From assembly GCA_051362555.1 (NCBI GenBank), contig CM120641.1:13454001-13518000 (forward strand): a stretch of DNA of 64,000 bases. The letters run 5' to 3'. This stretch comes from Lingula anatina (lineage: Eukaryota > Animalia > Brachiopoda). The position numbers were made by a program, and so were the translations under genes. Positions 39,024-50,839 of this stretch are shown here, in pieces (position 1 is the first letter of the stretch; every line of letters starts with the position of its first letter). The notes below the pieces were generated by a model. That model made no database searches and was not told the DNA's origin. It worked only from the letters and a program-made list of their open reading frames with translations.

Positions 39024-39566
39024 CGTTACCGATACGTCTTTGTTACATTGTCATACCGAGTTTGATATCCATCGATACGTACGTTACCTATGTTTTTAAT
39101 AACTGGTAGCTGCCTCCAACTTCTGGTCAGCCAACACCTAATTTTTTACTGCACATTACGTTACAATAAAATAGAAACGGGACAAAAGACGGAAGTTGTC
39201 TTCAAAGGATTTGTAAAAATTGTTCACATGATGCATCCAAATCCTTTGAAGACAACTTCCGTCCCATTTCTAACGTACTGTATATATCGATGGCTATCAA
39301 ACTCGTTATGACAATGTAACAAAGAGGAATGTGCAAAGCAGAAACATACCGGTACGTGCGCGCATACATGACGTCTCACGCACTCACATAGTTGCGCCGA
39401 CACAACAACGTAAACAACAACAATCAACGCGCAATTTGGTAACGTATGTATCAGTAACGTATGATTCATGATACATTTGTAATTCACCGCATAGATCTTA
39501 ATGGATATAGAAGTATATATATTTGTGCATCTTTGAAGATCGACATTTAAGTTGTTTTTTGTTCAT

Positions 39567-39604
39567 AATCCCCGAAGAAGGCTCAGGGGCCGAAAGCTCG
39601 GATT
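39567..39604 (+). ncRNA. Minimal type I hammerhead ribozyme-like motif, copy 1 (core variant CCGAAGA)
   Basis: AAUCC-CCGAAGA-A-GGCUCAGGGGCC-GAAA-GC-UC-GGAUU. Stem I AAUCC/GGAUU; palindromic AGCU in place of stem III. Confidence 0.55.
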
Positions 39605-39699
39605 GTAAATTACAACTTAAATGTAGATCTTCAAAGATGCATAAATATATATACTTCTATATCGGTAACGTATGTATCGATACATACGTTACTGATAGG

Positions 39700-39736
39700 A
39701 ATCCCTGAAGAAGGCCCAGGGCCGAAAGCTCGGATT
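39700..39736 (+). ncRNA. Minimal type I hammerhead ribozyme motif, copy 2 (Penelope-like element/retrozyme type)
   Basis: AAUCC-CUGAAGA-A-GGCC-CAG-GGCC-GAAA-GC-UC-GGAUU. Intact CUGANGA and GAAA boxes, stems I and II, predicted cleavage after C39731. Confidence 0.7.
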
Positions 39737-39781
39737 GTTTTTTACAACTGTAATGTAGATCTTCAAAGGTGTGTCAAAATA

Positions 39782-41409
39782 CAGACTTGACATTTAATAT
39801 GGAATATTTTTTCTAAGTCATCTTTCATAGTTTTTTTTTTCCTATTTTGCTGACTGATAACTGAAAATAAGGATTAAAATCGTGGTTTAATAACTTTAAA
39901 TGATCTCTTTGATGTCATGGTGACATCAGCTCATTGGTTGTATCCGACATTGAAGCAAACAGAAATGCATTGCCTATTCTGTGTCATCCATTAAAAGAGA
40001 TATTTTGGATCTCCATATTTTCCAAATTATCGTCTGTAAAAGAGTTACACGCTCCACAAAAGACCCTCATGTCAATGTCTAGTCATAGTAACGGTCGCTG
40101 TTACGCCTGGCCTCTTCTGTCTGTTACCAGCGCTCTCAAGCGGCAAGGCATTCCTTGGGATAGGTTTTAAGAGCTCAATCTGGAATAATATTCCAGGCAT
40201 CACTCCAAAATTGTCCAATTTGGTCCAGTTTTGATGTAGGGCATGTAGACAGTTGATTCGGCGAGTAATGACTTACCCACATATTGTCTATGCGGTTCAA
40301 ATGTGGCGATTTTGATGACCAGAGTAGCTGCTAATTCCCTTGGTTCTGTAAGTTATCTGCTATTAAAAGTGCTCTGTGTAAACCGGCAATCTCACCGTGC
40401 AACCTAAAATTGTTCCTAAGGTGCCCCCTATCAAATGATAGTCAAGTGGTTCCCAGATTATTCCTTTATTTGATCTGGTTCAGGTTTTCGTCAGTGACTA
40501 CCATTGGTGTTTTGGCACCAATGTGGTATCCACTCCAAATACTGACGCTGTCAATGACCTGTGTCACTTAAGGCGCGGCACATGCTTCGTCGTAGGCCTC
40601 TTCTGGATGTCTGTAAACTCTGTTTTGACTAGTTGGGCGGTACAGGTGAAATCTGACCTCAATAAAGAAAGCCACATGGTTTCAGTGTTCTACGCAGAAA
40701 CGGTCTTGGCCCCCAATTCATTAGAGAAACAGAAAACGATGTTTTGCTGTTCACAGTGGGTACCTCTGGTATTCTAACCTGCTAAAACCAGTTTGGTGTT
40801 CGTTAAGGGCCTTGAAAAACGCATTTTGGTGGCAATTTACCCCTCGTTCTGAACAGACTGGGTGGCTTTTGTTTAGTTGCAGCAGCATATCCTGAAAGAC
40901 AGTGCGTCCTGTACCCTGGAGGTATGATTTCGATGCATTGGGTGTGACATCTGTGTAGGTACATCAGTCTAGGCATTACTCTATAAAACTGTGCGGACCG
41001 TTCCGTTTGGCGCTATAATCTTTTTTGCGCCAATCTGCCACAAATTAACAAATTTGTAAAGCACTACTTAGCTCATTTTACGCACTGCAAAACTGACCGC
41101 TTGCATGCAAAATTTCAAATTCTTCTATGCAATAGTTGCCGAGATACGGATACTTTTTTGACAGAACCAAGCTTTGCCTAAGCCAAGCCCTCACCAGCCT
41201 AAAGGAACACTACCCGATTAAATCACTGCATATTACATAATGTAGCAGCGCAACAGACATGGAAGTCAGTTAATTGGTAGCGACACACCTGACTACACAA
41301 TTCTCCATTTACAAATCTTATATGAGATCGGAGTTTTTTGAAAAAAGAACGGATTTTTACCTAGGCATACCTTCGAAACTGAAATATTCCATATTAAATG
41401 TCAAATCTG
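39782..41409 (-). mobile_element. Full-length (1628 bp) but decayed Tc1/mariner DNA transposon
   Basis: TIRs cagacttgacatttaatatggaatattt / aaatattccatattaaatgtcaaatctg flanked by TA. Minus-strand remnants HVAFFIEVRFHL, RVYRHPEEAYDEAC, SVSIWSG..KTPMVVTDENLN and WSSKSPHLNRIDNMW match Tc1 VLFSDESRF, SVMVWG and WPxxSPDLNPIENLW. In-frame stops are present. Confidence 0.88.
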
Positions 41410-41771
41410 TATATATACTTCTATACGTTACTGATACATACGTTACCAAATTGCGCGTAGAATGTTGTTGTTGTTGTTTACGTTTTTAGCTGTCCGTCGG
41501 CGCAACTATGTGAGTGCGTGCGGCGTCATGCATGCATTGTTTCTACGTAACACATCCCTCTTTGTTACATTGCCATATACCGATTTTAATATCCATCGAT
41601 ACATATGTTACCTATGTTTTTGATAACTGTTAGCTGCCTCCAACTTCTGGTCAGCCAACACCCATTTTTACTGCATAAAAGGTTACAATAAAATAGAAAT
41701 GGGACAGTAAAGCGCGAGGGAAGTTGTCTTCAAACGATTTGTAAAAATTATTAACATGATACATACGTTAT

Positions 41772-41894
41772 CAGGAGCTGATCCAGGATTATTTGAAAGG
41801 GGGGGGGGGGGGGGTCCGGAACGACAGGCCTCAGATGCGAAGTCGACCATCGCCCCCTTGGTGTGGGGTTCGGGGCCTGCTGAAGGACCCTGGA

Positions 41895-41964
<70 letters not shown>

Positions 41965-42085
41965 GGAGAGCAAACAGTGCCCTTTTGTACGGTTTAGAAC
42001 TATAATTTAGTTAGTCAAAATTCTAATTTCAAGAAGGGAATATTGGTGCGATATATTTTTCAGAAACCGAGAAAATCCGCCACTG
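41772..42085. repeat. GC-rich interspersed repeat, copy 3, with internal (GT)n
   Basis: caggagctgatccagg...aaatccgccactg; (TG)n at about 41915-41960. Confidence 0.65.
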
Positions 42086-43352
42086 CAAGCTGTGCTATAT
42101 TATTTCATTTTTGTTCTAACAGAAATCGTCTGTGGAGCAATCTTTGCAGAAGAAGCGGTAAGTGTAGATCCTTTTGCCACCCAGCTGTGTATCACAGTAG
42201 AATTTATGGAACTTCATCCACTGCGGCATTTATCCAGGAATTTAGAATGAGTCTAATGTTTTTCAAGTCACCTTTATTCCTAGTTGTGACCCGGGAGCCT
42301 CCAGCAGCTTTGACAGCTACCTGGGATCGATGGCTATGTCCGGTCTTGCTTTACAGAGAATAAAAACAACTTAAATAGCCCATTCAAACGTTTGCTACTT
42401 GCTAATTTAGAGGTAAATGGTGTTAATTACAGACTGCGTTCCAACATATTCAAAGCAAAGAAAATGATTAAGTTGATAAGACAATTATATAGGAGCATGC
42501 TAACAGATGTCTGGCTAGTAGACAACTGTCTGCCCATTTTAGGTGTAAACCATCAAAGATCCATACAATGGCAACTGTTTTTAACAGGCTCTCACTTACT
42601 GTATCCTTTCTGTACTTCTCAGAAAGTGATTTTGATACTTGTAACTAAATTTCCGAATGAAGGCGTCTAATTGGTTGATATAAAAATTAGAAAGGTAATA
42701 ACTCTGGCAGCTATGTTGTTAGAAGAAACTGAAATTGAGATGTTGAAGGTTGATGAAAAATAAAACGAAATATAAAGAAGACAAGGAACTAAGGAATACC
42801 GTACCCAATTTCACCCCCTGCAGTCCACCTTTAAGATACTTAACCTTTATATTAGAAGGTGCTCATTTAGAACAAGAAATTACGAAAACATCAAATAATT
42901 ACATGTATGGCTTTTTACTTTTCATTAGGTGTTGGAAATAAAGAATCATCTCATTTTTGTAAGAGTAGATTTCTTTTAAAATGTATTTATTTTCATTGAC
43001 TTGTTAAATTAAAACTTAATAATTAATATTTTTCACATGTATTCTTTTATTATATTCATAGAATACCCAAACTACTTTATCCATATTTTTCTCAATATTA
43101 AATGGAATGTGTCCTCGAGCTCATTTGCCTGAAGTCTGCCTGTCAGCAGATAAAATATTGGATGGCACATCTCAGTTCATTTTTCTATAGCTATTGACAA
43201 AGGAATCTTGATTTGTTTATGTCGAATTATTCTTTGAATACACTAAATATTGTTGATTCTCAATTAATCAGGATTGTTTTGTATTATATGTGGAGTTGTA
43301 TTTTTCTCCTTTTCTTTTTCCATTTTTTTTTTCATACCTGGTGCTCAATTAA

Positions 43353-43518
43353 ATAATGCTTATCAACAGCTGTCTAAACTTTTCTGTAAAAATAATTAGA
43401 TCCCAATCTTCATAATCCATTAAAATGCATGTGCCCTCCACATGCATTTTAATGGATTCTGAAGATTGGGATCTAATTCTTATACAGAAAAGTTTAGGCA
43501 GCTGTTGATTAGCATTAT
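43353..43518. repeat. Near-perfect 166-bp palindrome (about 80-bp arms, 5-nt loop)
   Basis: ataatgcttatcaacagctg...aaatgcatgtg-ccctc-cacatgcattt...cagctgttgattagcattat, with few mismatches. Confidence 0.9.
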
Positions 43519-43964
43519 GGGTAGATTATTTTATTTTTTTATTTATCCGCTGGTATAACTGTTATATCCCCTCTACCTACACTTTACATTAATCAAACTA
43601 CAAAGGCTTTCATCTAACAGGTTTTTCAGGGATGGGTTTAAGATTTTGAAAAGTGGCGGGTTAGGTTCACAAATCTGGCAGGGAGGGGTTATCCTTAAAA
43701 CATGGAAAAATTGGGGAAATAGTACAGCAAAATGCCAATGTCAAATGTATGCTTATTACTACGAGGCAAAAGGGAACACGAGTTTATCTGAAAACGGTAA
43801 GAAACCACAACCGACTTTTAATGGAAACTGATTCACCATGTGAACTCTGAAAAACTACTAAGAGTTACTATTTGTGATGATCTATCATGGAATATCCATA
43901 TACAGAAAATTAGAAAGACAGTGGACAGTAAACTTGCACGTTTAAGAAAAAAAACTGCCTCAGG

Positions 43965-44275
43965 AGAACAAAACTTTTCTATGAAACACAGACAACCCCT
44001 CATCTAGACCAATGTCCCACTGTATAGGACAGTAGCATTGTAGTATTGTATTTCTGAGGAGGAGGGTACGAATGTGTATGTCCCCCACATAGCCGTCAGA
44101 TATGGTGCGTCTTGTCATACTGTATACGGGGTTTGCAGAAGTAAAGGGACACTGGTGATACCACAGTCCACGAAGTGGCCACCTAAAGAAGACTAGGGCG
44201 AGAAACGACACGCGTTTCTTTTTCTGTAAAGGCTAAGGGGATTTGAACCGTGTAGCAAATTAGCTTTACAGCGGC
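43965..44275 (-). mobile_element. Possible tRNA-derived SINE
   Basis: Pol III B-box GGTTCAAATCC on the minus strand (about 44239-44249) heads a roughly 300-bp GC-richer tract. The A box is not clear. Confidence 0.3.
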
Positions 44276-44339
44276 GGTGAAATTGGCAGGTTGAGATTAG
44301 CAAAAGGATGTTCAAGGAAAGTCCGTATTTACTTCAGAA

Positions 44340-44810
44340 ATTCACAACAGGGTTCCCAGATGAAAAAAACTTTTCACTTTAGTACACAGACGAAGAAGTG
44401 ACGTGCTGCAAGAACAATTGCTTGGACACAAGGGCATCCGTACGGTTTCCTAGTTGGACAATAGGTCAGAATTAGCGCCATTTTGTTTTTTCTGATGAGT
44501 TCATCTTCACCTTGAACCTTGGGTGGACCAAGGAGTTGTTGTAACTCCTTGGGTGGACAAATGAGTATATGAAGAACATCATCCAGTTCTCACATGTCAC
44601 AGAATATGCTTTTCCTCACTAGACAGTCCACTTCAATAATGGTTTGGGGTTGCATTGGCCTCTATGGAATTGGTGAACTGGTGTTGAGAAACTAAAACAT
44701 GAACCATGAACGTTACATTGAAATTCTTGACCAAATTCTGGATTCTAAAAGCTGAAAACATAGACCTAAAAATCAGCAGGACATGACTCCATCTTCAGTG
44801 AGATGCTCAA
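44340..44810 (+). pseudogene. Second decayed Tc1-family transposase fragment
   Basis: Plus-strand translation gives WTIGQN*RHFVFSDEFIFTL, SIMVWGCIGLYGIGEL and ERYIEILD, with stops and frameshifts. Confidence 0.8.
44522..44558. mobile_element. 23-bp palindromic mini-element or footprint with 7-bp target-site duplication (same family as 37625)
   Basis: ggtggac [caaggagttgttgtaactccttg] ggtggac. Its reverse complement equals the 37625 copy minus 3 nt. Confidence 0.55.
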
Positions 44811-45338
44811 GGGGACTTGATACGTTAAGATTTTTTTCTTATTCGTTGAGATAAAATAGAAATAAGTGTTGTCATTATGCTGGCACAAAAATAAATAAAT
44901 AAATAAATAAATAAATAAAAACATAGGCGTGGATAATTGACGTATCGGCAACGTTTTGGGGAGCCAAAACTATGTTTCACAAAATTTAAAAGTAGACACT
45001 GAAAGTAAATTATGCTCAAATCGAAGGAGTAAAGGTCTCATTGTGTTTGTGTTCAAATCTGTTGCTCAAGCTCTCATTAAACTAGAAAAAAAAAAAAACA
45101 AAAAAACAATACAGATTTCAGTCTTAAATGTAGGGCCTTATAGCTAATACGGAGGACATAGGTATGGAACAAATCTAAAAAAGGATAAGGACCAGAGACC
45201 CGAGCAGCCATAAATCATCTATAAAAGAAATATTTTTCCACACGTAGGCATCCAAGGGGATTAAAAGCAGGTACAGACACTTTCAGATGACTTCCCTTAT
45301 GTAACTGTGAATAAGCAGGCTGCGGAATCCAAACGATG

Positions 45339-45501
45339 CCGGTGTAACGAAACTGAGGGTCCGTGTAACAGAAAGTCCGCCCTTCTTATAGTTATGGTTT
45401 GTTTGACCTAAGAGGGTCAAAATCTAGGTCGAGGCTCACCTGTACAAATGAATGGGAATCAGACTCTCTGTTATGGGGGACTCTCTTTCACGTTACACCG
45501 G
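45339..45501. mobile_element. MITE
   Basis: TIR ccggtgtaacg / cgttacaccgg with further imperfect inverted arms. Confidence 0.6.
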
Positions 45502-45637
45502 TCATAAGTCCTAAGAATGGACGTCCGGGGTCAGATATGATGAATACAGGTTAGGGTTAGTCGGAGTATTGGGCTAGTAAAACGACGAATGTCACCTGTA
45601 CAGTGTAATGGGGAGCGGACAATATAATAGTTCCTAA

Positions 45638-46024
45638 TGTCCCTATTTCACACAGACCACGAATCCCACGAATCGCCAGGAATTGACAAATTTCAGGATT
45701 ATTGAGGATTCGTGAGATTTTGCCAATTTTCTGGTCTAGTTCGACACGCTCTACGATTTAGTTACGATACAGGTGCTGGAATCGCACGAATATTGTCCAG
45801 AAATTAACTACGATTTTTTGGAATCGGGAGTTCGTGGCCAAAATTTTGAACAGCTCAAAATTTTTGCCACGAATTCCCGATTGATCAAGAAGTGCAAGAA
45901 CTGACAACGATTATATACGAATCTGTTCAGAACTTCACGAACTGATTACAATTCAACCACGAATCCTGAAATTTGTCAATTCATGGCCATTCGTGGGATT
46001 CGTGGTCTGTGTGAAATAGGGGCA
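45638..46024. mobile_element. PIF/Harbinger-type MITE
   Basis: Roughly 60-bp TIRs tgtccctatttcacacagaccacgaatccc.../...gggattcgtggtctgtgtgaaataggggca, TAA target duplication (45635-45637, 46025-46027) and a central palindrome. Confidence 0.85.
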
Positions 46025-46797
46025 TAACAAACAGACTACCATTCCTGTCACATCGGGCCCGGGCTAACACTATCTAGGAAAAGTTGTGTATTGAAAGCAA
46101 GGAAAATGACATTTGACTATATAAGTGCGAATGCCCAGCAAATAATTTTATCAGTTGTGTTATACATATTCAAAGTTGCAATAGGCCTAATAGTTTTATA
46201 TATATATTCCAATATCTCGTGGCTTTCTTCCAATAAAATGAGGCTACAGGTGTCACAAAAGTGTTATAGTATTCTCGACCTGAGAAGCTAGGGTGTCTGC
46301 ACTTCTCAGAAAGTGACCATGGTATTGAAGACATATTTCCGAATAAAGGCGTCCAATTGGTTGATATAATAATTGGAAAGGGTAATGACTATGACAACTA
46401 TGTTGTTTGAAGAAACTGTTGTTGAAACTTAGGAGCACGAATGTATTTCCATGTAAGGAAGTTCGTAAAATTCCATGGATACACATTGAGACTCCAATAA
46501 ACTGTTACGAAAACATTATTTATTATTAAGTCTCCTCAAGCCGGTTGTTACAGGTGACCGTTTAAACGGTTTTAAATTATGGTGTGTGAAAATATGAGAA
46601 AATGTGGTTAGTCACTGCAGGTAGCAGCAATTGTCATTAGCACATAGGCTGTGAAACTTCCGATTTTCTGAATCGCTGTGACGTCTGGCTGATATGAATT
46701 ACCAATGAAACGCAAACCACCTGGGGTATCTACTGGTGACGCAAATTATCGAATCATAAAAACGTTTTACTAAAGAAAAACACGCGCTAGTTGAAAC

Positions 46798-49203
46798 ATG
46801 GCTTCAACAGATATGTCTCTGTACGTGATTCCTCTGTTGTTCGTGTGTGTAACCTTGGGTGGGACCAGTCACGCTCATTGCTTATTTAAAGGCTTTTTAA
46901 AAAGAAGGTACCTCAAAGGATATTTTCTTCCGTTCAACTTGGTTTTAGCAGGCCTTCTACCATGCACCATGCTAGCGGTAATGGAGGGCGCAGACGCAAT
47001 CCTATCACGGTTCCTAGGTATATGTTTACCGACGTGGTGGTTCATCAAGTTGTTCTTAGAAGTGACAAGCAGAACGACTATGCTCATCACAACGGCGCTG
47101 ATCGCCGTTCATTCCGCCTTATTCGTCAAAAGCAGGACAAACAAAGACAAGGAGCGGCTTCAAAGTTTCAGCACGTTCGGTTCATGTGGGGGATGGTTGA
47201 GTGGCATATGCATGGGCACGTATTGGACGGTGATGGCATCTTTACATGGAGAGAGCCCCAAAGATGATTATCATGGCGACCCGTGCTCAATCACAATGTA
47301 CCGTCTCATTTACATTTCCCAGCCCAACATAACGTGCGTCTTCACGGTACTATTCGTATTAGTGGTTCTAATAACGATCGCATCTTATTGTGCTATCATT
47401 CACTACATTAAGAAAAGGCGGTTAACTGATAAACCTACCCTTAACCCTGTTTGGGTGACGCATCAAAGCTCAGAAATGGACGTCTCAAAAAATCCTCGAA
47501 GAAAACTGAGATCACAGTTTAGCAGGAGTAAACACACTTTGGGAGCCATCGGCCTCCACACGAATGCCTCAAAAATGTCCCCAACGGACGCATCTGGCAT
47601 ACCCACCAGAAAACGGGGTCTTCAGTGCCTAACACGCAACAAGATAATGCCTTTTCCACTGCATTATGGATCACATGTAAACAGTGGCAACTATGAATGT
47701 TTTGGCGATGGTACTAGTGCATTTAAATCCAGCACCATCAGCGAAAAATCCGTAATGATTAGGAGATCTCAATCAACCATCAAATTGGATTCTCTGGGAA
47801 AAGACGACGTGACACCCATTCAGCTTATAAATACATCGGTTACGTCGCCCAAAGAGGTCACAGCATTTGGTTCCTATATTACCAAAACGACAGAAGTACT
47901 AGTCACCAACCATCGATATCACGAAGAGGCCTCCAGCATGAGTTCTACTGGTTTGCACGCCATCAGCAAAAGCTTGACAGTCAACCAAAGGCCGTCTTTT
48001 CGACAGCTACACGATTTACGCGGAAGGTCCACGCAAAATTTGCAAGCGGAAACGGCAAAGGCATCTATAAGAAGTCAACCCTTATTAGAGACTTCGACAA
48101 ACGCTCCGATATTCGTCTCATTTCCTTCTGTTCGTCAACACACGGAAAATGCCCCAAGAAGCACCCCCTCCTCTTTTCTTTTTCCAAGAGAGCCTGAAGT
48201 AATATCAAGAAGCACCCCTCCCTCTTTTCTTTTTCCAAGAGAACCTGAATTAATATCAAGAAGTTCTTCCTCCTCTTTTCTGTTTCCAAGAGAGCCTGAA
48301 GCTATCTCAAGGAGTGCTCCCCCCTCCTTTCTGTTTCAAAGAGAGTCCGAAGTAATATCAAAAAGCAGCCCCTCCACTTTTCTTTTTCCAAGAGAGCTTG
48401 AAGTAATCCCAAGAAGTACTCCCTCCTCTTTTCTGTTACCAAAACAACCTCAAATTATATCAAGAAATACTTCCGCCTCTTTGCTGTGTCCAATAGAGCC
48501 TGAAGTAATCTCAAGGAGTACTTCCTCCTCTGTTTTGTTTACAAGAAAGGCTGAAGTAGTCCCAAGATGTACTTCTTCTCAAGTAATCCCAAGAGAACCT
48601 GAAACAGTGATCACCGGTAGCTGTATACCAGATGATAAGGTTAGGTTAGGCGTCAGCAGACGTTTACCTCCTTTGTTATTACAGAGAAACACGGGTTTCA
48701 ACTTGCGTCGACAACGTAGGCTTAATCGAACACAATCGCTCAGTCACATGGCGCCGTCGCCGCCAAAGCCCCATTTGTTCGATGACCAAACAGCAGAAAA
48801 CAGCAGAAAGTCATCGAGAAAGATGTCCTTGGATGCGACTGAAACAATGCAAGAAAACACGTGTACTGAAATCAGTAAGCATGAATCTGTTAGCACGAGT
48901 CGTACTCCTGCGTGCAATAACGTGCCACCCAGGCAAATTAGAAGAGCACCTCACGTAAGTGCTGTGATAAAAGCTTGCTTATATAGTTCAACAATTGTTG
49001 TTTCCTTTCTACCGTTGTGTCTCGTGATGATTCTTGCACCTGAAATATCTGAAAATGCATTTTGTACACTTTACCCACTAGTGCAAAGTTGGTCATACCT
49101 CGGGTTTACCATGAACACCTACCTTTACATTCTGAGTAACAAGTCCATTACTAATATCTTTTTAAAATCCCGATTAACCGTATTCGGTGCGCTCGGTATG
49201 TAA
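46798..49203 (+). CDS. Intronless divergent class A GPCR-like 7TM protein with very long ICL3
   Basis: 801-aa ORF. Five hydrophobic helices in the first ~205 aa and two at the C-terminus. TM2 NLVLAG, TM4 Trp, TM5 SYCAI, TM6 SFLP, TM7 MNTYLY (NPxxY variant). DRY is replaced by HSA. Confidence 0.7.
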   Translation: MASTDMSLYVIPLLFVCVTLGGTSHAHCLFKGFLKRRYLKGYFLPFNLVLAGLLPCTMLAVMEGADAILSRFLGICLPTWWFIKLFLEVTSRTTMLITTALIAVHSALFVKSRTNKDKERLQSFSTFGSCGGWLSGICMGTYWTVMASLHGESPKDDYHGDPCSITMYRLIYISQPNITCVFTVLFVLVVLITIASYCAIIHYIKKRRLTDKPTLNPVWVTHQSSEMDVSKNPRRKLRSQFSRSKHTLGAIGLHTNASKMSPTDASGIPTRKRGLQCLTRNKIMPFPLHYGSHVNSGNYECFGDGTSAFKSSTISEKSVMIRRSQSTIKLDSLGKDDVTPIQLINTSVTSPKEVTAFGSYITKTTEVLVTNHRYHEEASSMSSTGLHAISKSLTVNQRPSFRQLHDLRGRSTQNLQAETAKASIRSQPLLETSTNAPIFVSFPSVRQHTENAPRSTPSSFLFPREPEVISRSTPPSFLFPREPELISRSSSSSFLFPREPEAISRSAPPSFLFQRESEVISKSSPSTFLFPRELEVIPRSTPSSFLLPKQPQIISRNTSASLLCPIEPEVISRSTSSSVLFTRKAEVVPRCTSSQVIPREPETVITGSCIPDDKVRLGVSRRLPPLLLQRNTGFNLRRQRRLNRTQSLSHMAPSPPKPHLFDDQTAENSRKSSRKMSLDATETMQENTCTEISKHESVSTSRTPACNNVPPRQIRRAPHVSAVIKACLYSSTIVVSFLPLCLVMILAPEISENAFCTLYPLVQSWSYLGFTMNTYLYILSNKSITNIFLKSRLTVFGALGM
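48150..48605 (+). repeat. Coding 51-bp (17-aa) tandem repeat, about 8-9 units, PREPEVISRSTPSSFLF
   Basis: Anchor ccaagaga.cctgaa at 48184, 48235 and 48286, continuing at a 51-bp period. Confidence 0.9.
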
Positions 49204-50839
49204 AGATAGTCAATCTTGTATTCAGGTCTTAGGCGAATTAAATAGTTTAGTCCAGCTTCTCTTCGAATTTCAGGAAAGCACATATGTAGTTTTCTGTGAC
49301 TTAAATTATTCTATCCAATTTGCGCGTTAATTTAAGTTGTTTGAACACAAAAGTTCAGGCGCAATGAGTATAACTGGCCTATATTTTAAGTTAATTTTTG
49401 TGGAGTGAATAAAACTTTTTAAAAACTGTGTGTCAGCTTGAGATGTTTAGTCACCGGCGCAATTTACCCTGACAAAATATTTGTAGATTCAGCCATGAGT
49501 TTAAAATTTTCTCCGGCGTACTAGTCCTGGTAGCCTGTTGACTGAGAACTTAAGGCACAGACTGATAGATTAATCATCTTTGACAGTTACGTTTGTTTTC
49601 AGTTAGTTTTTCTTACATGACATTATTTTTTGTTTCTGTTAATAGTCATTACTTCACATAATCGTACTTTATTAATGCAATTGTAGTTGTCTAGAGTTTG
49701 ATAATTATGGTTTATATCAATAAAGTTCATTAAATTGTTATCATGTAATTCTGTTATACCTCGTGTCGAGTATCTTGGCGACTCTCTTCGAGTTTCCTGA
49801 CGTAAATTTTCACAAACAAAAATTCTGTTCATCAAGGTTTCCAATATTATCAATCACATATATTGAAAATTAAACGGCCTTTCAAAAACAATAAGCATTC
49901 AACCCACGAACAGATTGAATGCAACTTCTGACAACAGGGCCTTAATAGGCTTCCTCACCTCTTACACCATCAATCGCGAACAGTGCATGAAATACAGGAA
50001 CTTTCCTCCATCTATGGAAAATTTATGTACAGATTCTCAAACTTTAAGGAACAAGGTTTCCATATCTATCAACTGGCGCATTAAAAAGCGGGTGTGGGAG
50101 AAACAATGTTGAAGAGGGATTCAATACACTGAACAGAACATTTTCATACGTAGTTTCACGGTGTCTACAAATCGAAAATCACAAGGGCGCCCACATTTGA
50201 CGCAGTGTGTGCACTTTTTTCAAAAATGTTAATTCAACACTTTTTTTTTTTCTTAACATTTCATGCAAAAAGTACTAAGGGAAATCGAGGGCAAAACGCA
50301 AACCATAATACTTTGTGTTGGACCCTATAAAGAATACATCATTTCAGTACATCGTTTATTTTTGACAAAATTATAACTCTCATTACAATGATACTACATA
50401 ATTACAACATTTTACAGTTATTTTTTTTAATCGTGCTGTACTTTTATCATAACCTCCCACCTCAACTTCGACTGTCATCTATATATAATGTACAAAACGA
50501 AAACAAAAACCACTTACACAGGGCTTCATTTTCTCTACAAACAAATAAAAGAAATAAAATCCTTCAGTTCTGAGCCATTCTTACATTTAAACCTCTGTTA
50601 TTGCTCAAATCTTGAATTAGCATACTATTGAGAATGTCATATACACATTTTTCGTGAAGATAGTTGTTAAACACCAGATTCGGCGCTCGACATAAAAAAT
50701 ACTAATGCCCCCAAAATAAAATAGTGTAATCTGTTCAGTCACCTCTTGCCACCAAATTGGACATTGTTGTCAAAAGAATAGGTGCAAATTGTATATTTTC
50801 AAAGAGTTCCAAGATTTGTGCCGCAGATAGATCACGACC

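Larger units (their letters stand above)
39030..41770. mobile_element. Fold-back composite repeat carrying hammerhead units, interrupted by a Tc1 element
   Basis: 39038-39235 is directly repeated at about 41560-41765. 39285-39460 is inverted relative to about 41424-41600. 39506-39555 is inverted relative to 39612-39661. Local palindromes at about 39190-39270 and 39661-39696. Confidence 0.6.
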
